Part shown: in pieces, positions 58,246 through 64,000 of the stretch
Layout: every line of letters begins with the position of its first letter
Position numbering within the stretch: position 1 is the stretch's first letter
From: Robiginitomaculum sp.
Lineage (GTDB): Bacteria; Pseudomonadota; Alphaproteobacteria; Caulobacterales; Maricaulaceae
Length of the DNA stretch: 64,000 nucleotides
Assembly (NCBI GenBank): GCA_015485335.1
Contig: WFTT01000102.1
Coordinates: 25,583 to 89,582 of the forward strand
Direction: 5' to 3'
Notes under the pieces: model-generated
What the model saw: only the letters and a program-made list of their open reading frames with translations
Database searches by the model: none
What the model was told of the DNA's origin: nothing
Position numbers and translations under genes: made by a program

Positions 58246-59082
58246 ATGCCGGATCGGGACAAGAGCCAACATCTTTTTCGCACTGCCGAGGAAGATCGCG
58301 AAATTTTGCGCAAAGTACCGCAAACCCCGCAAACCTGTTCCAGTGCCTATTGTCTGGCCTTTGATGATGCCGCATTTTTGCTGCGCGACGAGCTGCGCCC
58401 GGTGCGTCTGCAACTGGAACTGATGAAGGCGCAAATGGTCTTCGAAGAGCAAAATGTAAACTCTACGGTAGTGATTTTTGGCGGGGCGCGTATCCCGGCG
58501 CCAGGTACCCAGCCGGTGCGCACCGATAATCCGGATCTGATCAAAAGCCTTCAGGACAAGGCCCATTATTATGAAGAGGCCCGCCGCTTTGCCCAGATGG
58601 TGTCGCAATACTCGCTGGATACCGGCGGGCGCGACTGGATGATTTGTTCTGGCGGTGGCCCGGGCGTGATGGAGGCAGCCAATCGCGGTGCCGATGATGT
58701 GGGGGCCAAAAGTATCGGCCTGAACATCGTTCTACCTCATGAACAGGCCCCCAACCCCTATGTGACGCCCGAGTTGAGCCTGCAATTTCATTATTTCGCC
58801 ATTCGTAAAATGCAGTTTCTCATGCGGGCCAAGGCCCTGGCGGTGTTTCCCGGCGGATTTGGTACGCTGGACGAAACGTTTGAAACCCTTACCCTGATCC
58901 AGACCGGCCGCGTGGCCCCCATGCCGGTGTTGCTCTTTGGGGAGAGTTTCTGGCGACGCATTATTGATTTTGAGGCTCTGGCCGCCGAGGGCACTATTTC
59001 GCCGGACGATCTGAAACTGTTTTCGTTTGTGGAAACCGGCGAACAGGGCTGGGGAAAAATCAAACAGTTTTACGGGCTTTGA
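58246..59082 (+). CDS. LOG/TIGR00730-family Rossmann-fold nucleotide-binding protein
   Basis: Blocks GGGPGVMEAANRGA and PGGFGTLDETFE, characteristic of the LOG family. 278 aa. Confidence 0.85.
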   Translation: MPDRDKSQHLFRTAEEDREILRKVPQTPQTCSSAYCLAFDDAAFLLRDELRPVRLQLELMKAQMVFEEQNVNSTVVIFGGARIPAPGTQPVRTDNPDLIKSLQDKAHYYEEARRFAQMVSQYSLDTGGRDWMICSGGGPGVMEAANRGADDVGAKSIGLNIVLPHEQAPNPYVTPELSLQFHYFAIRKMQFLMRAKALAVFPGGFGTLDETFETLTLIQTGRVAPMPVLLFGESFWRRIIDFEALAAEGTISPDDLKLFSFVETGEQGWGKIKQFYGL

Positions 59083-60163
59083 AAAAGGTTTTCAGGCTAT
59101 CTGCCAGCGGCGTTTTATAGCCCAAAGCCGGTTTTTCAATACCATACCAGGATAGCGCCGCAATCAGCGCGCTTAGGGGCAGGGCCATGGCCATCATCAC
59201 ATAGGCGTTTTGCGCATATCCCAGATGATAAAGGCTCTGCATGATCGGCCATTGCCAGATATAAATGCCATAGGACAGATCGGGAATACGCGCCAGCGAA
59301 GCCCAGGAGGTCGGCAAGCCAAAGCCGATCAGCAAGACCCCGCCGGCCAGTGCAAAATTGAGCATGATTTCATAAGACGCTGTGGGGCCAAAAAGAAATG
59401 CCAGCATGACCATGCCCAGGGCCAGTTTTGGGCTGATCCGTATTGAATGCCGCCAGGCATAAAGTGTGGCCCCCAACAGATAGGCACTGGACAGGCGTGT
59501 CAGGTCCATAAAGGGTTTGGGAAACACTTCCGGTATGGTGCGCACCACCATAAAGGCCAGCACCGACAGCACAAACAGCCCCAACACCCGCCCGCGGGAA
59601 CGGGCCAGGCCGATCATGCCGATCAGGATGCTGCCGCCATAGGCGAACACTTCATAACGCAGGGTCCACAAAGAGGCGGAAAACTCGCCAGGATAGGGAT
59701 TGTTCGGGAAAATAAGAGCCGGCCCACCAGATGTATTGCCAAAGGTCAGCACATCACAAAGATATCGCCAGGTTTGCGTATCTGTTAGATAGGCCATGGG
59801 GCTGAGCGGGGTAAAGGCCGGGCCAAACACCAATATCGCCATCAGGGTTAATACAATCAGGGCCGGAAACAGGCGCAAGGCCCGCGCCACCACAAAGCGC
59901 AGAATATCCGGGCGGCGATCAAAAGAGCGGGTGATCAACAGGCCGGACAAGATAAAAAACCCGTTCACCGCCGCATAGGAAATGGTGATGTTAAACAGGA
60001 TCAGCGGTTCCGGTCCTTCGGCCCGACCCAGAAACACCACAAAACTGTGTCCCAATAATACTCCCAGCGCCATCAGAAGGCGCACCGGCGTCAACAGATT
60101 GGCTGGCCGGTCCAGTGCCTGTGCAAGGGTTGGGCGGATCGGGTGTGTCGCTTTGGTGCTCAT
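59060..60163 (-). CDS. acyltransferase family 3 integral membrane protein
   Basis: About 10 TM helices with an Acyl_transf_3-like N-terminus (LMALGVLLGHSF). The start at MSTKATH is preferred because the upstream ATG at 60208 falls inside the infC terminator hairpin. Confidence 0.78.
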   Translation of the reverse strand: MSTKATHPIRPTLAQALDRPANLLTPVRLLMALGVLLGHSFVVFLGRAEGPEPLILFNITISYAAVNGFFILSGLLITRSFDRRPDILRFVVARALRLFPALIVLTLMAILVFGPAFTPLSPMAYLTDTQTWRYLCDVLTFGNTSGGPALIFPNNPYPGEFSASLWTLRYEVFAYGGSILIGMIGLARSRGRVLGLFVLSVLAFMVVRTIPEVFPKPFMDLTRLSSAYLLGATLYAWRHSIRISPKLALGMVMLAFLFGPTASYEIMLNFALAGGVLLIGFGLPTSWASLARIPDLSYGIYIWQWPIMQSLYHLGYAQNAYVMMAMALPLSALIAALSWYGIEKPALGYKTPLADSLKTFFKARKTV

Positions 60164-60192
60164 ACGGGCTTTGCCCGCAAAAGCTATGCCAG

Positions 60193-60220
60193 AAAAAAGG
60201 CAGGCCATCGCCTGCCTTTT
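60193..60220 (-). terminator. intrinsic terminator of infC
   Basis: GGCAGGC-GATG-GCCTGCC on the minus strand, followed by 6 T. It lies 31 nt downstream of the infC stop. Confidence 0.65.
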
Positions 60221-60250
60221 CCCGTCAATGATAAGAAACCGATTAATGGT

Positions 60251-60790
60251 CTAGCGTGGGGCCAGCACCATCATCATCAGGCGGCCTTCAACCTTTGGTT
60301 CAAATTCCACCTTGGCGGTTTCGGCAAAGTCTTCACGAACTCGTTCCAGCAGGGCGCGGCCCCGGTCCTGGTGCGCCATTTCCCGGCCACGAAAGCGGAT
60401 GGTCACTTTCACTTTGTCGCCCTGATCAAAAAACCGCTGCATGGCACGGGCTTTGACCTGATAGTCATGGACATCAATATTGGGGCGCATTTTAATTTCT
60501 TTGAGATCCGCCGACTTCTGCTTTTTCTTGGCTTCGGAACGTTTTTTCTGTTCCTGAAAGCGCAGTTTGCCGTAATCGAGGATTTTACAGACCGGCGCGG
60601 TGGGGCTGGGGGCCACTTCGACCAGATCAAGGCCGGCTTCGCTGGCAGCATCCAGCGCGGCATGCAAGGGCATCATGCCCTGCTTTTCGCCATTCTGGTC
60701 AATGAGGAGAACCTGTTCGGCCTCAATATCTTTGTTTACACGGGGCCCCTTTTTTTTGGTGGGGGCGGATACGACTGGACGGCGGGCTAT
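60251..60790 (-). CDS. infC: translation initiation factor IF-3, non-AUG (ATA) start
   Basis: [38 protein letters not shown] is a typical IF-3 N-terminus. AAGGAG lies 6 nt upstream of the ATA at 60788..60790. The track ORF to 60916 is an over-extension. Confidence 0.88.
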   Translation of the reverse strand: MARRPVVSAPTKKKGPRVNKDIEAEQVLLIDQNGEKQGMMPLHAALDAASEAGLDLVEVAPSPTAPVCKILDYGKLRFQEQKKRSEAKKKQKSADLKEIKMRPNIDVHDYQVKARAMQRFFDQGDKVKVTIRFRGREMAHQDRGRALLERVREDFAETAKVEFEPKVEGRLMMMVLAPR

Positions 60791-60933
60791 GGTAATCTCC
60801 TTTGTGACCGCTAAACTCAATAGATTACAGGCCAAACATGCCAAATGCCGGCGTGCGCAACCTGTGGAACCGGCTTTATGAAGAAAGGAATGCGGCGGAT
60901 CAAGCGCGCAGATCACTTTTTGGCCAGCTTAAG

Positions 60934-61896
60934 TCACGACCTGGACCGTGTAAAAGCCTTAAACATACCCAAAATATCATATACCGAGCGGGCCGACAGG
61001 GCCTCCAGCGAGGGGGTGACCAGTGCCACTTCGCCGGCACCACGTGGTGCATGGGCGCGGGCATCCTCATGACCCTGATGCAACGTGATGGTGCGCGCCC
61101 CGGCTGCACAGGCCAGCCGGGCTGCCCCATCGGCATGGCCAACCACGGCGCGGGCATGAGTGCCCAGGGCCGCCAGTTGATAATAATCGGCCCGGGCGCA
61201 CAGGTCTTTGATGCGCACATCGATCTGCGCCACTTCACGGGCATAAACCCGATCCGCAATGGTGCCGACCAGGGCACATCCCATGCCGGTTTCCACAATG
61301 GCGCGGGCCAGGCCGGCAAAATGCGCATTTGGCCAGCGTGGCCCGTTATCATCACGGGTTAAATTCAACAAAATAAAATCCCGCTCCAGGCCGAAAAAGG
61401 CGGGTTCCAGCGACGGGGCGCCGGCACGGCGGCGCAACAGCCAGCGCCCATCCGGTCCGGGAACGGGCGGCGAAATATGACCACCAACCTCCACCACATC
61501 CAACAGGGCGGCATCGGCATCAATGGGGTGTGGCGGTTCCTGGTTCAGTTTCCATTTGGATCGTCTGGCGGCGCCGGCAAAGGGGGGGCCAAACATGCCA
61601 AAGGCGTTTTGCAGCTGGCGGGTGCGGCTTGATCGTTCCAGATCATATATTTGGCCAAAGCGTCGTTTCTTCAGGGCCTGGACCAGGGTGCGCAGGGCCG
61701 CAGGGTTTTGCCAAAGCTCCACTGTGCTGACATCGTCAAACAATGAAGAGGCCTTGGCCAGCCCGGCCAGTTTGGGCACGGTTAGCAAAGTCAGACGCTC
61801 GTGGGTGTTTTGCTGACGCAGGCGCTGTACCGCCGCCATGGCATCGACCAGCCTTCCCAGCGGCCCAAAACAGATAATGAGAGCGCCGGCACTCAT
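60934..61896 (-). CDS. glycosyltransferase family 9 (heptosyltransferase-like) protein
   Basis: 320 aa. N-terminal pattern ILIICFGPLG-like and overall GT9 layout. Adjacent to a GT1-fold glycosyltransferase. Confidence 0.7.
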   Translation of the reverse strand: MSAGALIICFGPLGRLVDAMAAVQRLRQQNTHERLTLLTVPKLAGLAKASSLFDDVSTVELWQNPAALRTLVQALKKRRFGQIYDLERSSRTRQLQNAFGMFGPPFAGAARRSKWKLNQEPPHPIDADAALLDVVEVGGHISPPVPGPDGRWLLRRRAGAPSLEPAFFGLERDFILLNLTRDDNGPRWPNAHFAGLARAIVETGMGCALVGTIADRVYAREVAQIDVRIKDLCARADYYQLAALGTHARAVVGHADGAARLACAAGARTITLHQGHEDARAHAPRGAGEVALVTPSLEALSARSVYDILGMFKAFTRSRS

Positions 61897-61899
61897 TGG

Positions 61900-63057
61900 C
61901 TAATTTCCTTTACGCATACAAATCAGGTGACGATATAGCCCGAGGGTTTTTGCACACATTGCCTTGCGAGAATAGTGTGCAAGGGTGTGTTTGCGAGCTG
62001 TCGTGCGGATGTGTTGGTGCGTATCTGTATCCAGCCTCAAAGCGTTTTTCAATACGTCCGCCAGGTGTTCGGCATTGGCGGGCTGGAAATGAAAGCCGGT
62101 TTGTCCGTCCAGAACCGTTTCCAGCGCCCCCCCATGGGCCGCGGCAACGGTAAGGCGGGCGCTGGCCTGGCCTTCTACGGCAACGCGGCCAAAGGCCTCG
62201 GGCTCGATGGAGGCAGAAAGCACAATATCGGCTCCGCCATACAGCGCCGCCATATCCTCTACATGTCCGCAAAAATGTACATAGCCTTCAAGAGCGGCCC
62301 GGGCGACCTGGTGGTGTAAGGCCTCTACATAATGGTCCCGCCCTTGCGCATCCCCGGCCAGCACCAGATGGGCTTTGTGGCCTTCTTGATGTAATCGGGT
62401 CACTGCATCGATGGCGCTTTCCTGTCCTTTCCAGCGGGTCAACCGGCCTGGCAGAACAATCATCGGCTCGTTTGGGGCGCGGTTTATCTTCAATGTGGTG
62501 CCGGGAATGGTTGATCCGGCGGTATCCATGGTCATGGGTATATCAAAATATAACGGTGCAACCCCCCGGGGGATCACCGTAAGGCGGCTTTCCTCTATGG
62601 CGTGCTCGTCAAGAATGCGCCGGGCAATAAAGCCCGAATTGGCAATCACCGCATCCCCGGCGGCCATAATGCTGTTATAATAGCGCTTTGGGGCGGAGCG
62701 GGCATTATAGGTACCGTGATAGGTGGTTACAAAAGGCAGGCTCAGGCGTTGGCACGCCGCCTTGGCGCTCCAGGCCGGGGCACGGGAGCGCGCGTGCAGC
62801 AAATCGGCATCAAAACCCTTGGCGATTTTAGCAATCCGGCCAACATTGCGCCACATCACATACGGATTTTTGGAATGCACCGGCAGATGGGCAATGGAGC
62901 CACCAACGGCGATCACTTCGTCTTCCAGCCGCCCTCCGGCGGTAATGCACAAGGCCTGACCGCCGGCTTTGATTACGGCACGGGTGATCTCTACCACGGT
63001 GCGTTCGGCACCTCCGGCATCCAAAGCGGGTATGATTTGCACGATTTTTAGAGACAC
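61900..63057 (-). CDS. glycosyltransferase, GT-B fold (family 1/4)
   Basis: N-terminus IPALDAGGAERTV. C-terminal EPEAFGRVAVEGQA (E-x7-E region). 385 aa. Confidence 0.85.
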   Translation of the reverse strand: MSLKIVQIIPALDAGGAERTVVEITRAVIKAGGQALCITAGGRLEDEVIAVGGSIAHLPVHSKNPYVMWRNVGRIAKIAKGFDADLLHARSRAPAWSAKAACQRLSLPFVTTYHGTYNARSAPKRYYNSIMAAGDAVIANSGFIARRILDEHAIEESRLTVIPRGVAPLYFDIPMTMDTAGSTIPGTTLKINRAPNEPMIVLPGRLTRWKGQESAIDAVTRLHQEGHKAHLVLAGDAQGRDHYVEALHHQVARAALEGYVHFCGHVEDMAALYGGADIVLSASIEPEAFGRVAVEGQASARLTVAAAHGGALETVLDGQTGFHFQPANAEHLADVLKNALRLDTDTHQHIRTTARKHTLAHYSRKAMCAKTLGLYRHLICMRKGN

Positions 63058-63123
63058 AACTCGACTTTCCTGTTTTCTTCGTGCACGTCACAATGGTGTT
63101 CAATGTGCATTCCGGCATAGCAT

Positions 63124-63900
63124 ATGGCAAATGATCTTACCTTTATAAAACGCGAAGGCGGTGAAAAACTGGCCTGTCGGGTTCGTCCGGGCAAAGGGCC
63201 AACGGTCCTGTGGTTGGGCGGTTTTCGTTCTGACATGGATGGCACCAAGGCCGAGGCCGTGGATGCCTGGGCCAAAGAGAGCGGCCGCGCCTTTGTGCGC
63301 TTTGATTATTCAGGCCATGGCCAATCATCGGGCAAATTTGAAGAGGGCACTATTTCGCGCTGGCGCGATGATGCCCTGTGTGTTCTGGATGAATACTGCC
63401 CGGGTGATGTCATTGCCCTGGGTTCATCCATGGGGGCGTGGATTGCCTTGTTGCTGGCCAAGGCCCGGCCTGCACAGATTAAGGCGTTGGCCCTGATTGC
63501 CCCGGCCCCGGATTTTACTGAAAAACTGATGTGGCAGGGCTTTGATCAGGACACCCGCCGTCTGATCGTGGAACAGGGCGTGTATTATGAACCCTCTGAT
63601 TACAGCGATGAGCCGACCCCCATTACCCGCGCCCTGATCGAGGATGGACGGCAAAATCTGGTCATGGATGCCCCCATCGCCTTTGCCGGGCCAGTGCGCA
63701 TTTTACAAGGCGTGCAGGATGAGAGTGTGCCCTGGTCCTATGCGCTGGAACTGATGGGATGTCTGCAAAGCAAGGATATTGTCTTCACCCTGTCCAAAAG
63801 CGGCGATCACCGCCTGTCTACACCACCAGATATTGTACGGCTGACCACGACGCTGGATTTGCTTTGTCAGGCGCTGGAAGTATCTAAACAGACTGAATAA
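63124..63900 (+). CDS. alpha/beta hydrolase
   Basis: GSSMGAW nucleophile elbow and C-terminal GDHRL (His of the triad). 258 aa. Confidence 0.8.
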   Translation: MANDLTFIKREGGEKLACRVRPGKGPTVLWLGGFRSDMDGTKAEAVDAWAKESGRAFVRFDYSGHGQSSGKFEEGTISRWRDDALCVLDEYCPGDVIALGSSMGAWIALLLAKARPAQIKALALIAPAPDFTEKLMWQGFDQDTRRLIVEQGVYYEPSDYSDEPTPITRALIEDGRQNLVMDAPIAFAGPVRILQGVQDESVPWSYALELMGCLQSKDIVFTLSKSGDHRLSTPPDIVRLTTTLDLLCQALEVSKQTE

Positions 63901-64000
63901 GGCGAGACTGTTTTGTAACACTGCCAAGTTATTTCAGTTTTAAAGCGGGTTTGTGGCTTGTTTTGCTCTCTTTCACCCCTCACAAAGGAAGGGTGGACAA

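Overview
The window is a chromosomal, mostly housekeeping segment of a moderately GC-rich alphaproteobacterium. The gene order mnmG-rsmG-parA-parB next to holA-lptE-leuS, plus a CpdR-type receiver and DUF1134/DUF3576/DUF952 genes, looks Rhodospirillales-like, but the taxon cannot be verified here. I call about 64 protein genes, 2 tRNAs (Gly-GCC, Val-GAC), 2 parS sites, several intrinsic terminators and a few promoter or leader candidates. I found no rRNA, CRISPR array, IS element, integrase or prophage genes. Many long ORFs in the six-frame track are antisense shadow ORFs or N-terminal over-extensions, and I trimmed starts where a signal peptide or conserved N-terminus plus a Shine-Dalgarno sequence supported it. 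Most of the window is ordinary core genome. The items most worth a second look are listed below.

1. A mer-like metal module (44.5-46.6 kb) has a three-Cys MerR-family sensor and a 19-bp-spacer MerR-type promoter. The promoter drives an outer-membrane channel, a periplasmic HMA protein and a MerT-like permease, with no reductase or efflux ATPase.
2. A compact candidate sRNA lies between typA and an FGase gene. It has a TATAAT box, two hairpins, a CCUCCC anti-SD tract and a strong terminator.
3. A 0.9-kb gene-free, repeat-saturated tract sits 3' of tRNA-Val. Its short palindromic repeat families recur at two other convergent gene junctions, and it also contains three 12-bp direct repeats and a 115-bp unit with inverted termini.
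4. One gene encodes a pyridoxal kinase fused to DUF429.
5. A sigma32-type promoter and a ROSE-like leader precede hsp20.
6. The folE leader is structured and sequesters the Shine-Dalgarno sequence.

All functional calls rest on motif and family recognition by eye. No database search was run.
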